Below are positions 9,713 through 18,551 of a stretch of 64,000 bases of DNA, one piece after another (position 1 is the stretch's first letter; each line of letters begins with the position of its first letter). The notes under the pieces are model-generated. The model was not told the DNA's origin and made no database searches. It saw only the letters and a program-made list of their open reading frames with translations. Both the position numbers and the translations under genes were made by a program. This DNA is from Porphyromonadaceae bacterium (GTDB taxonomy: Bacteria > Bacteroidota > Bacteroidia > Bacteroidales > Porphyromonadaceae), in NCBI GenBank assembly GCA_030528445.1, contig JAUMYV010000001.1, forward strand, positions 5,968 to 69,967. The letters run 5' to 3'.

Positions 9713-11449
9713 TTGCTATCAGCTAATGTTGATAGGCTATTCTGTATGTACACTTTAGATAATTTTGACCAATTCATACCTCCTCGTATTCTCGAGCGAG
9801 GATGGGATTATTACAGGGCTGGAGCTGTTGATAGTCTTGAACAGCTGGACAAAAAAACTTGGAGCGCTTGGGTAAGCGGAACGGATGACTATGAAGTCGA
9901 GATTTCGCTCGCAGGGCGTAAGGTTCTAACTGCAGATTGCGATTGTCCATATGATGATACCTGTAAGCATATTGTGGCTGTTCTCTACGAGATTAAAGAA
10001 CACCTCAATGTCGTCGCTCCTGTCGTAGGCCTAGAGATCGTAGACCCTCCCACAGCACAACAAAAAGGACAATTGAGTCACCTAACCCGAGAGGAGCTAC
10101 TCTCTTTGGTCAGAGACTATAGCCAGATAGATAGGCACTTTACTCAGTACCTTAAGCGCAGATTATGCCCTACAGAGAGGTTGATTGGACTTTCGGATGA
10201 TCAATATCAGGCTATAGTACGTAAGATCTTTGAGGAACAAGCAGGGAGAGGGTGTGACAGCTACGACTTTGATTGGAGTGCTATATTTAGGCATCTCTAC
10301 ATTCTTAGGCGGCAGATCGACTCCCTATTCCAGCAAGAGCAATGGCGAGCTGTGCTGATTCTAGCTTTTGAGACACTGCGACAAATTGGCTGCAGATGGG
10401 AAGGTTGTTTACTCTATGATGATGACGTGTTCGATAGCCTTGACGAGCATCTCTCATGGGCCTATCCAAAGATTCTTGAGGTTTGCGATCGGATTAGTCA
10501 ATCCAATGATGCCGAGCGACTTCGCACATGGGCCTTGGCCTATGTCAATGGGATATATTATGAGACTCAATTAATACGAAATATCCATGGAGACTATGCA
10601 GATGAGGATTGGCTTTTTGAGGTACGTCGGCTACTTTCGTCCGAGGAAGAGGCTATTCAAGCTGTACGACTAAGTATTGAACAGGAAACTGATCCCTATC
10701 GTCAGACTTCGCATATACAGCACTTAGCTAAGCTCTATAAACAGCGTGGAGATATCAAGAGTCTAGATCAGCTCTACCACCAGTATATCCATATAGCAGA
10801 CATTCGCTTTGCTCTAGTTCAAGAACTAATCGACAGAAGGCTATATCAAGAGGCCATCAAACTCTGTAAGGAAAGCTCGAAGTACAGCGAAGATCCCACT
10901 GCGAGGTATTGGCAAACGAGATTCCTCGAGCTAGAGCTCGGTTGCTGGGAGAGATGCTCCAATGCTAGAGAGTGTATTCGGGTCTGTCGTGAGCTATTCT
11001 CTAGCTCCCGCGAAGCCCTCAAGTACTATAAGAAACTTAGGAAGCTTCTACCTCAAGCGGACTGGGAGGCTTTACGTCCCAAGCTGATGAAAAGTAAGCG
11101 GCTGAGCTATGAGGATCTAGTTTGGATTTACAAGGATGAAAAGTCCTACGACCAGCTATTTGACATCATTGATCGGTATAGCCATACGGGGCTTAACTAT
11201 CTTAGTGATGGGCGCTATTTGCCTGCCCAGTATGATGCTCGGCAATTGGCGTCACTAAGTAACAAGGTGCGCACTCTTGCCTCTGGGCAGGTTGATCGCA
11301 AAGGGTATCAGCTAGTAGCTAAACTGCTCTCCTATATGGCTCGGCTCTCAGGAGGTCGAGAGGTTGTTGCCTCTATATTATCGGAGTTTAGGATAAAGTA
11401 TCGGAGGCGACCTGCTATGCTTGACGAACTGAAGCGCGTTAAGGTCTAA
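9713..11449 (+). CDS. SWIM zinc-finger domain protein, otherwise uncharacterised helical protein
   Basis: 578 aa; CDCPYDDTCKHIVAV matches the SWIM CxCxnCxH signature. An alternative start at 9743 (MYTLDNF) is possible. Confidence 0.6.
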   Translation: MLSANVDRLFCMYTLDNFDQFIPPRILERGWDYYRAGAVDSLEQLDKKTWSAWVSGTDDYEVEISLAGRKVLTADCDCPYDDTCKHIVAVLYEIKEHLNVVAPVVGLEIVDPPTAQQKGQLSHLTREELLSLVRDYSQIDRHFTQYLKRRLCPTERLIGLSDDQYQAIVRKIFEEQAGRGCDSYDFDWSAIFRHLYILRRQIDSLFQQEQWRAVLILAFETLRQIGCRWEGCLLYDDDVFDSLDEHLSWAYPKILEVCDRISQSNDAERLRTWALAYVNGIYYETQLIRNIHGDYADEDWLFEVRRLLSSEEEAIQAVRLSIEQETDPYRQTSHIQHLAKLYKQRGDIKSLDQLYHQYIHIADIRFALVQELIDRRLYQEAIKLCKESSKYSEDPTARYWQTRFLELELGCWERCSNARECIRVCRELFSSSREALKYYKKLRKLLPQADWEALRPKLMKSKRLSYEDLVWIYKDEKSYDQLFDIIDRYSHTGLNYLSDGRYLPAQYDARQLASLSNKVRTLASGQVDRKGYQLVAKLLSYMARLSGGREVVASILSEFRIKYRRRPAMLDELKRVKV

Positions 11450-11475
11450 GTTAGGGTAATCTGAGACACCTAACA

Positions 11476-11511
11476 GGGGGCTGCGAGCAAAACGAATTTT
11501 GCCACAGCCCC
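11476..11511. terminator. Bidirectional terminator hairpin between the convergent SWIM and mraY genes; member of a hairpin family
   Basis: GGGGGCTGCGAGCAAAACGAATTTTGCCACAGCCCC is a near-exact reverse complement of 39899-39934. Confidence 0.5.
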
Positions 11512-11552
11512 ACTGTTTGTTCCTAAATCGATTGTATGTCGCGGATATTCCT

Positions 11553-12815
11553 CTAGCGAACCTTGAGAGTTACGACTGTGAGAACGGCCAAAATGATGCC
11601 GATGAGGAAGAAGCGCATGGTAATCTTTGCTTCGGGTAGAGCTGTTCGAGGTTTGTTCCACAGGCACTCGATACCGCTATTTACACCTTTCTGATAGTGG
11701 TGATGCAGGGGAGACATTCGGAAGATACGCTTACCCTCACCTGTTTTGCGCTTCGTGTACTTGAAGTAGCTAACCTGCAGGATAACCGATATCCCCTCCA
11801 TAATGAAGACACCACAGAGGATAGGTAGTAGTAGCTCCTTGCGGATAATCACGGCAAATACACCGATGATGCCCCCAAGCGTGAGGCTACCCGTGTCGCC
11901 CATAAAGACCTGAGCTGGGAAACCATTGTACCAGAGGAAGCCTAGAGTCGCCCCAACGAATGCAGCTGCGAATATTACAAGCTCCTCCGCTCCTGGGATA
12001 AACATGATGTTGAGGTAGCTTGCCATCTGGAAGTGAGACGAAACGTAAGCTAATACCCCAAGTACTACTCCAACAATCGCCGACGAGCCAGAGGCCAAGC
12101 CGTCTATCCCATCCGTTAGGTTTACCGTGTTGGATAGCATCGTGACGATGAAGACCGTCATGGCAACGAAGATGGCCCAGCCAAGTAGCGTTTTCGTCGT
12201 ACCATCCTCTAGGGGAAGGAGCTGAGCGTAGTCGAGGTTATTGTTCTTGACGAATGGGATGGTGGTTTGTGTACTCTTGCTATCCACCTTGGAGAAGTGA
12301 ATCTCTCGGGTTCCACTATTTGTCGTGATCTCGCTGTTTTCCTTGATGACGACCGCAGGGCTTAGGTATAGAGTTAGTCCAACGATGAGGCCGAGGAATA
12401 CCTGACCGACAATCTTGTACCTACCAGGTAGACCTTCCTTGTCCTTCTTGAAAACCTTGATATAATCATCCAAAAATCCGAGGAGCCCCATCAGCACGGT
12501 CGTGAGGATCATCAGTAGGATGTAAATGTTGTCTAGGCGTGCGAAGAGCAAGGTAGGAGCAAGAATGGCTAGAATGATGATTAGCCCTCCCATAGTTGGG
12601 GTGCCACGCTTGGCAAGCTGTCCTTCTAGCCCTAGGTCTCGGATACTCTCGCCAATCTGCAGACGCTGTAGATAACGTATGATCTTATGCCCTAGTATCG
12701 TTGTGATCAGCAGGGCTAAGATAAGCGTTAGCCCAGTGCGAAAAGAGACATAGGCAAAAAGTCGGCTGCCGGGAATGCCCCAGTCTTGGATGAGGTCAAA
12801 TAAATGATATAGCAT
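11553..12815 (-). CDS. mraY: phospho-N-acetylmuramoyl-pentapeptide transferase
   Basis: 420 aa polytopic protein with an MraY-typical N-terminus MLYHLFDLIQDWG. Confidence 0.9.
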   Translation of the reverse strand: MLYHLFDLIQDWGIPGSRLFAYVSFRTGLTLILALLITTILGHKIIRYLQRLQIGESIRDLGLEGQLAKRGTPTMGGLIIILAILAPTLLFARLDNIYILLMILTTVLMGLLGFLDDYIKVFKKDKEGLPGRYKIVGQVFLGLIVGLTLYLSPAVVIKENSEITTNSGTREIHFSKVDSKSTQTTIPFVKNNNLDYAQLLPLEDGTTKTLLGWAIFVAMTVFIVTMLSNTVNLTDGIDGLASGSSAIVGVVLGVLAYVSSHFQMASYLNIMFIPGAEELVIFAAAFVGATLGFLWYNGFPAQVFMGDTGSLTLGGIIGVFAVIIRKELLLPILCGVFIMEGISVILQVSYFKYTKRKTGEGKRIFRMSPLHHHYQKGVNSGIECLWNKPRTALPEAKITMRFFLIGIILAVLTVVTLKVR

Positions 12816-12853
12816 AGTGGTGATATTAATCTGAGGGTTAAGTAGCGTATGGC

Positions 12854-14353
12854 TTACTCTGTGGCAAACTGCTGACGAATAATTTCTCTATCATCGAAAG
12901 GATGGCGCACGCCTTGGATCTCTTGATAGGTCTCATGCCCCTTGCCTGCTATGAGAACTAGGTCGTGTGGTTGAGCCATCGAGCAGGCTTCTCGGATAGC
13001 CTCGGCGCGATCGGTGATGCGTCGCGTACGGTATTCATCGCCCTCGGAGACACCTGCCTGCATCTCGTCAAGGATTGCTTCAGGATCTTCGGTGCGTGGG
13101 TTGTCAGAAGTTAGGATGATGTAGTCGGCATATCGGAGTGCTTCGGCAGCCATCAGAGGACGCTTCCCTCTATCCCTATCGCCTCCGCAGCCTACCACGC
13201 AAATGATGCGAGCCTCGCGCTGTCGTGCTCCTTGCCTTAGGTCGTCGAGGGTCTGTAGTACGTTGGAGAGGGCGTCTGGGGTGTGCGCATAGTCGACAAA
13301 AGCCGTATAGCCTCGCTTCTCGCTGCGTAGCGCCTCTAGTCTCCCGTCCACAGATGTCAAAGCCGAGAGGTAGCGAAGGATTTCGTCCTTGGGCATACCA
13401 AGTAAGTGTGCTGTGGCGTAGACTGCTAGCAGGTTGTAAGCGTTGAAAGCTCCTACTAGGCGAACCGAGACTTCCTGCCCATCCAGTTCGAGTAGCGTAC
13501 TGTCTGCGTATTGCTCTAAGATACGTCCCTTGAAGTCGGCAAGCGTATTGAGGGCATATAGTTTGCGTCTAGCTAAGGTATTCTGTAGCATCACCTCTCC
13601 ATTGCGGTCGTCGGCATTGCTTAGAGCAAAGGCCTCCGAGGGCAATAGGTCGAAGAAGCGCTTCTTGGCATAGAGATATTCTTTGAGCGTGCCGTGATAG
13701 TCGAGATGATCTCTCGTGAGGTTCGTGAAGACTCCGCCCTCAAACGCGAGCCCAGCGATACGCCTCTGCTCTACAGCATGCGAGCTAACTTCCATGAAGA
13801 CGAAAGCACACCCCGCATCCCGCATGCGAGCTAGCAGAGCCTGTAGCTCTAGTGCTCCAGGGGTAGTGTGCGTCGTGTCGATAGCCTCTGTGCCGACATA
13901 GTTGCGCACGGTACTGATGAGGCCAGTCGGATAGCCCGCAGACATATATAGGCGGTAGAGGAGGGTAGCGATGGTCGTCTTACCATTGGTCCCCGTTACC
14001 CCTACCACTCTGAGCGATTGGCTGGGATGGCCATGCCAAGCCGAAGCCATACGTCCAAGCATCTCTCGGCTATCGGGAGTGAGCACGTAGCACACACTGG
14101 GGGTTGGCGCCTCGGGGCGCTCTTGCGTGACGACGACCTTGGCTCCAGATGCGATGGCCTTGTCTATGTAGTTGTGCCCATCTACAGCCACGCCTCGAAC
14201 GGCAACGAAAATCGTGCCATGAGTTACTTGGCGTGAATCTTCGGTAAGGGTTGTTAGCTGGACTCCTTCGGCCGATCCGATTAGCTCGTATGGTATTTGT
14301 TCGGGCTCTAGACGCCTTGCAGTCGTTGCCTTGAGTAGTTCTGTCAGTAACAT
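12854..14353 (-). CDS. murE: UDP-N-acetylmuramoyl-L-alanyl-D-glutamate--2,6-diaminopimelate ligase
   Basis: 499 aa Mur ligase with GVTGTNGKTT P-loop. Confidence 0.9.
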   Translation of the reverse strand: MLLTELLKATTARRLEPEQIPYELIGSAEGVQLTTLTEDSRQVTHGTIFVAVRGVAVDGHNYIDKAIASGAKVVVTQERPEAPTPSVCYVLTPDSREMLGRMASAWHGHPSQSLRVVGVTGTNGKTTIATLLYRLYMSAGYPTGLISTVRNYVGTEAIDTTHTTPGALELQALLARMRDAGCAFVFMEVSSHAVEQRRIAGLAFEGGVFTNLTRDHLDYHGTLKEYLYAKKRFFDLLPSEAFALSNADDRNGEVMLQNTLARRKLYALNTLADFKGRILEQYADSTLLELDGQEVSVRLVGAFNAYNLLAVYATAHLLGMPKDEILRYLSALTSVDGRLEALRSEKRGYTAFVDYAHTPDALSNVLQTLDDLRQGARQREARIICVVGCGGDRDRGKRPLMAAEALRYADYIILTSDNPRTEDPEAILDEMQAGVSEGDEYRTRRITDRAEAIREACSMAQPHDLVLIAGKGHETYQEIQGVRHPFDDREIIRQQFATE

Positions 14354-14404
14354 AGATTAATATGATGGGTTAGGCGAAGCCAATTGATAGCCTCGTCCAC
14401 TAGT

Positions 14405-16642
14405 CTATTGTCCTAGAGTAATGTTGATTTTGGTGCCTTGCTTGGCCTTGGAGCCTGCTGGGATGCTCTGTGAGACGACACGTCCGCTACCCGAGAAGCG
14501 TGGGATATATCCTCGGCTCAGTAGCGTATGTGTCGCATCGGTAGCACTCTGCCCTACTACATTGGGTATTGTTCCCGCGGAAGCTTTGGGGAGTTTACGC
14601 TCGCGACGCTCGGCATCTATATGGATGTATTCCTCTTCGCTGATTTCTCCGTCGGCCTGATACCGTTCGTCCACCTGCTGCAGGAGGGCTTGTAGCGCTT
14701 CTTTTCTGCCAGAGGCTACCGCCATGCGTGGTTGAATGTCTTTCGGCGTTGGGATAGAGTCTAGGCTACGAGGTGTCTCCATAGATATTAAGCGTTCTGC
14801 TAGATCACGAATGACAGGCCCAGCCATCGAGCCACCACCTGCAGCGAATTCCTTGGAGGGATTTCGGATGACTACAATCATGGAGTAGCGCGGTGCTTCA
14901 CTAGGGAAATAGCCACAGAAAGAAACCTGATGCGTCTTGCCGTCAGGCCCGCTATAGCTGCCTCCTTGAGCAATCTGAGCCGTACCGCTCTTGCCACTGA
15001 TGGCTACGACGTCGGTGCGCAAGCTGCGTCCCGTGCCATCGGTTACCACCTTGCGGAGCATATCCTGTAGGGCGGTAAGGGTAGAGGGCTTGCAGATGCT
15101 CTCCTTGAGTACAGTAGGCTCTTGCTGCTCGATAACCTCGCCCTCGTCGTCGCGTATCTGCGTCACCATATAGGGGCGCATCAGCTTGCCACCGTTGGCT
15201 ATGGCGTTGAAGAATGCTAGTGTATAGATAGGGGGTATCTGCGTCTCGTAGCCGAAGCTCATCCATGCTAGCGTTGTTCCATACCAGCGGTTGGGGTTGT
15301 CCGACTTCTTGCGGACTCTGGCTCGAGCTGCTCCTGGTATCTCTAGCTTTAGGTCAAGTCCGAAGCCGAGATCACGGATCTTCTGCACATAGTCGTCGGG
15401 GCGATTGGCATAGCCCTTGACGATAATCTTCGCTACTCCTACGTTGCTCGAGCGCTCAATTACTTGCGAAGCCGAGATACGCCCATAGCCACGTCCATAG
15501 TTATGGTCTCTGAGGAGTCGCTTGCCCACAGTCCAGCCTCCATTGCCCACATCAATCGTATCCGTTGGGCTGACGATACCATCATCAAGGGCAACCATCA
15601 TGGAGGCGACCTTGAAGGTTGAGCCTGGCTCACTCATATCCGAGGCTGCGTAGTTTATGGTTTCCTGATAGTCGCCTTGGGCATCGCGCTGCAGGTTCGT
15701 AATGGCAAGTATCTTGCCTGTTTTTACCTCCATCAGTACGGCGCTACCACTACCTGCTCTGAACTTGCCAAGCTGGGCACGCATGATGCCTTCAAGCAGG
15801 TTTTGTTTATTCATATCTAGTGTCGTGTAGATATTCATCCCTGGCTTGGGAGCGGTGAGTACCTTTAGGTTGTAGCGCTGAGCATTGTAGCGTTTGACGC
15901 CTTCGCCTATTTGACCTCTCAACAGAGAGTCGTAGTGTAGCTCTAGGCCTTGTTTGCCTTGTGAGAGGCCATCTTTCTTCTCCGCATAGACGGAGCCAAT
16001 GGTACGCAGAGCGAGCGAACCGAATGGATTGATGCGCTTGGAGCGCTCCTCGGTGATGAGCATTTGTTTGAGTAGACTCTTCTCTTTGAGCCGTCCATTC
16101 TCATAGCGGTTGGCAAACGGAGTTTGGCTGAGTAGTAGCTTGAGGTCTAGATAGCTGATGTCTATAGGTGCAATGAGGCAATAGCGATTTTTCTTCTGAT
16201 AGGCCTTGCGCCAGCGCTCCCTCTGTGATTTGACCTTAGAGCCATAGAGGCTGTCTAGACGAGCTTGTAGCTCATCTAGTTCGTGGCTGAGTTTATCTTG
16301 TAGTGCTTTGCGCTTGACCCTAAGCAGGCTATCCTTGGGCATCTGGAGTTTGTCGTTGTGCGCCAGTCGGAGCGCTCCAGCATTGAAGTCGAGGTATAGT
16401 CTGTATGAGGGAGCGGTAATCGCTACTGGACGACCATCCGAGGCATAGATAGATCCTCGGATAGGCTCTAGCATAATCGGCTCTGGGCGGTGGAGCGTTT
16501 GCCCAACCTTACGCCATTTCTCGCCTTCTTCTCCCGTTATCATCAAGATCATCTTGGCACAAATCGCGATAAGTATAACTGCGAACCCAGCTCCAAACAG
16601 CCAATAGATAAGCTGCGGGGTAATGCGTTGTTTGTTGTTCAT
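14405..16642 (-). CDS. ftsI: penicillin-binding protein, FtsI/PBP3-type transpeptidase
   Basis: 745 aa with an N-terminal TM segment, STFK, SSN and KSGT motifs. Confidence 0.85.
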   Translation of the reverse strand: MNNKQRITPQLIYWLFGAGFAVILIAICAKMILMITGEEGEKWRKVGQTLHRPEPIMLEPIRGSIYASDGRPVAITAPSYRLYLDFNAGALRLAHNDKLQMPKDSLLRVKRKALQDKLSHELDELQARLDSLYGSKVKSQRERWRKAYQKKNRYCLIAPIDISYLDLKLLLSQTPFANRYENGRLKEKSLLKQMLITEERSKRINPFGSLALRTIGSVYAEKKDGLSQGKQGLELHYDSLLRGQIGEGVKRYNAQRYNLKVLTAPKPGMNIYTTLDMNKQNLLEGIMRAQLGKFRAGSGSAVLMEVKTGKILAITNLQRDAQGDYQETINYAASDMSEPGSTFKVASMMVALDDGIVSPTDTIDVGNGGWTVGKRLLRDHNYGRGYGRISASQVIERSSNVGVAKIIVKGYANRPDDYVQKIRDLGFGLDLKLEIPGAARARVRKKSDNPNRWYGTTLAWMSFGYETQIPPIYTLAFFNAIANGGKLMRPYMVTQIRDDEGEVIEQQEPTVLKESICKPSTLTALQDMLRKVVTDGTGRSLRTDVVAISGKSGTAQIAQGGSYSGPDGKTHQVSFCGYFPSEAPRYSMIVVIRNPSKEFAAGGGSMAGPVIRDLAERLISMETPRSLDSIPTPKDIQPRMAVASGRKEALQALLQQVDERYQADGEISEEEYIHIDAERRERKLPKASAGTIPNVVGQSATDATHTLLSRGYIPRFSGSGRVVSQSIPAGSKAKQGTKINITLGQ

Positions 16643-16651
16643 GTCGATGAG

Positions 16652-17182
16652 TTATTGAGTCGTTTGTGGCGCTTGGTCGATGATCTCGTAGGGTGGGTGA
16701 GTCGAGCTCTCTAGGTTGAGATTGAGGCTCTGTATGTTGGTCTCGATATTGCTGATGCGCTCGTGCTTGATGAGCTCAGCTGTGGTGAATAGAGACTTGT
16801 AGCGAATGTCCTCAAGATCTCGCTCAAGCCTACCAACCTTCTTGTCCATTATGGAGAACTGGTATCCCCACATGATGCTTAGCCCGAGAAGGAATATGCA
16901 GTATATCCCGAAGATCCCGAACCGCCGAAATAGCCTAGATCGGTTGGACTTCAGCCAGCTGCCGATGTTAAGGGAGCTAGATGAGGTGTCTTCTGTCAGA
17001 TCATTGATACGTTTGAGTACAGCATCGCGGCGCTCGCGTTGCTTCTCGCTCATCTGCACCTCTTGAGTCTCTGTCTCCCTGTCTTCGCCTTGAGGTATAG
17101 TAGCTCCTTGATGTGCATCTCGATGAGCCCTCTCGATGAGCTCTTCTATATCGCTTGGCTGTTGCTTATTTTCGTCGATCAT
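16652..17182 (-). CDS. putative FtsL-like cell-division protein (single TM segment plus coiled coil)
   Basis: 176 aa with a charged N-terminus, one TM segment and a coiled-coil tail; position between rsmH and ftsI. Confidence 0.5.
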   Translation of the reverse strand: MIDENKQQPSDIEELIERAHRDAHQGATIPQGEDRETETQEVQMSEKQRERRDAVLKRINDLTEDTSSSSLNIGSWLKSNRSRLFRRFGIFGIYCIFLLGLSIMWGYQFSIMDKKVGRLERDLEDIRYKSLFTTAELIKHERISNIETNIQSLNLNLESSTHPPYEIIDQAPQTTQ

Positions 17183-17219
17183 AGTGGTTGCTAGACTATA
17201 ATATGATACTGTTTGATGT

Positions 17220-18134
17220 TTAGTTGGGTTGCCACTGTGCGATGCGTAGCTTAGCGCTACGACTGCGCGGATTGAGTGCTTCCTCTTCTTCAGAGGGGGT
17301 AATGGGCTTGCGGGTAATCATTTGCCAAGGCGATCGGGCTGCCCCATAGATCTGTGCCTCGGCATCCTGCTGGCCGCTTTCTTTGAAGAAGTTCTTGACG
17401 ATGCGATCCTCTAGTGAGTGGTAGGTCATCACGACGAGTCGCCCTCCGGGGCGGAGTACACGTTTGCAGGCCTCTAGCATATCGCGTAGAGCTCCAAGCT
17501 CATCATTGACCTCTATGCGCAAGGCTTGGAAGAGCATGCTGAGCTGTTTCTTCTCCTCTTTGGGATTGATGCAGGGGCGTACGACCTCTAGCAAATCACC
17601 TATGGTCGAGATAGGACGCTCCCCACGTGCACGGCAGATACGACTAGCGATTTGCCGACTCTGGCGTAGCTCTCCGTAGTTGTAGATGATGTTGGCTAGT
17701 TGCTCCTCTTCGTAGTCGTTCAGGACGTCTCGTGCCGAGAGACCAGATCGTGCATTCATCCGCATATCAAGCAGAGGTTCCTCTGCGCGGAAGCTAAAGC
17801 CACGTTCCTGAGCATCGAAGTGATGAGACGACACGCCTAGGTCGGCCAAGATAGCGTCTACCTGCCCGAGTCGCCCGTAGTAATCCATGAAGCGGTCTAT
17901 ATGCCTAAAATTGGATGCAATGAAGGTAAACGACGGATGTGGTGCTATATTGATCATAGCATCGGCATCCTGGTCGACTGAGAAGAGATGCCCCTCCTCT
18001 CCTAGGCGATCGAGTATGGCACGAGAGTGTCCTCCTCCTCCGAAGGTTACATCAATGTAGCAACCCTCTGGGCGGATATTCATACCATCTAAGCATTCCT
18101 CCAGCATCACTGGTACATGGTAGACCTGCGTCAT
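17220..18134 (-). CDS. rsmH: 16S rRNA (cytosine1402-N4)-methyltransferase
   Basis: 304 aa MraW fold with FGGGGHS SAM-binding motif. Confidence 0.9.
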   Translation of the reverse strand: MTQVYHVPVMLEECLDGMNIRPEGCYIDVTFGGGGHSRAILDRLGEEGHLFSVDQDADAMINIAPHPSFTFIASNFRHIDRFMDYYGRLGQVDAILADLGVSSHHFDAQERGFSFRAEEPLLDMRMNARSGLSARDVLNDYEEEQLANIIYNYGELRQSRQIASRICRARGERPISTIGDLLEVVRPCINPKEEKKQLSMLFQALRIEVNDELGALRDMLEACKRVLRPGGRLVVMTYHSLEDRIVKNFFKESGQQDAEAQIYGAARSPWQMITRKPITPSEEEEALNPRSRSAKLRIAQWQPN

Positions 18135-18484
18135 AGTTTTATCTGTTTAATTGGTTTTGCCTGTAAGCATCTAGAGGGGGGATAGCCGTACAATACTCCT
18201 AAATCGTCAGTAGGATTGCATCTCTCAAGGTGATGTGCCTAAGGAGTCAGCCCAATTCTCTCTAGAGAAACCTCGGAAACGGCAAAGTTAGAATTAAATT
18301 CATCTCGAAGCAATAACTATTTTAATTTTTTTCTTACAAATCAGCCTTGCTAACAATCTCATTATCCTAGCGCTTCTGCATCGCTTCGGCTGTATATTAG
18401 AGACCTTTGCCAAAGTTCTCTATTGTGCTAGCCGAGCCTTCTGTTTTTTGGTCTAGTCAAATGCCGAGGTCTAGCCAATGAATA

Positions 18485-18527
18485 AACCCCAAAGTGTGGC
18501 TTGTAGTAGGCACGACACTCTGGGGTT
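18485..18527 (-). terminator. Hairpin (13-bp stem with one mismatch) downstream of yidC
   Basis: AACCCCAAAGTGT…ACACTCTGGGGTT, followed by a T-rich stretch on the minus strand. Confidence 0.45.
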
Positions 18528-18551
18528 AAACTTAGAGTTTAGGATAATCAA

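Noticed and set aside
11470-11667. 65-aa minus-strand ORF spanning the SWIM/mraY convergent junction
   Set aside because: It overlaps the 3' end of mraY and the shared terminator hairpin and has no conserved features.
18135-18551. Hidden or frameshifted mraZ upstream of rsmH
   Set aside because: No frame in either strand of this 417-bp gap gives an MraZ-like peptide (no ORF of 60 aa or more). The gene appears genuinely absent at this position.
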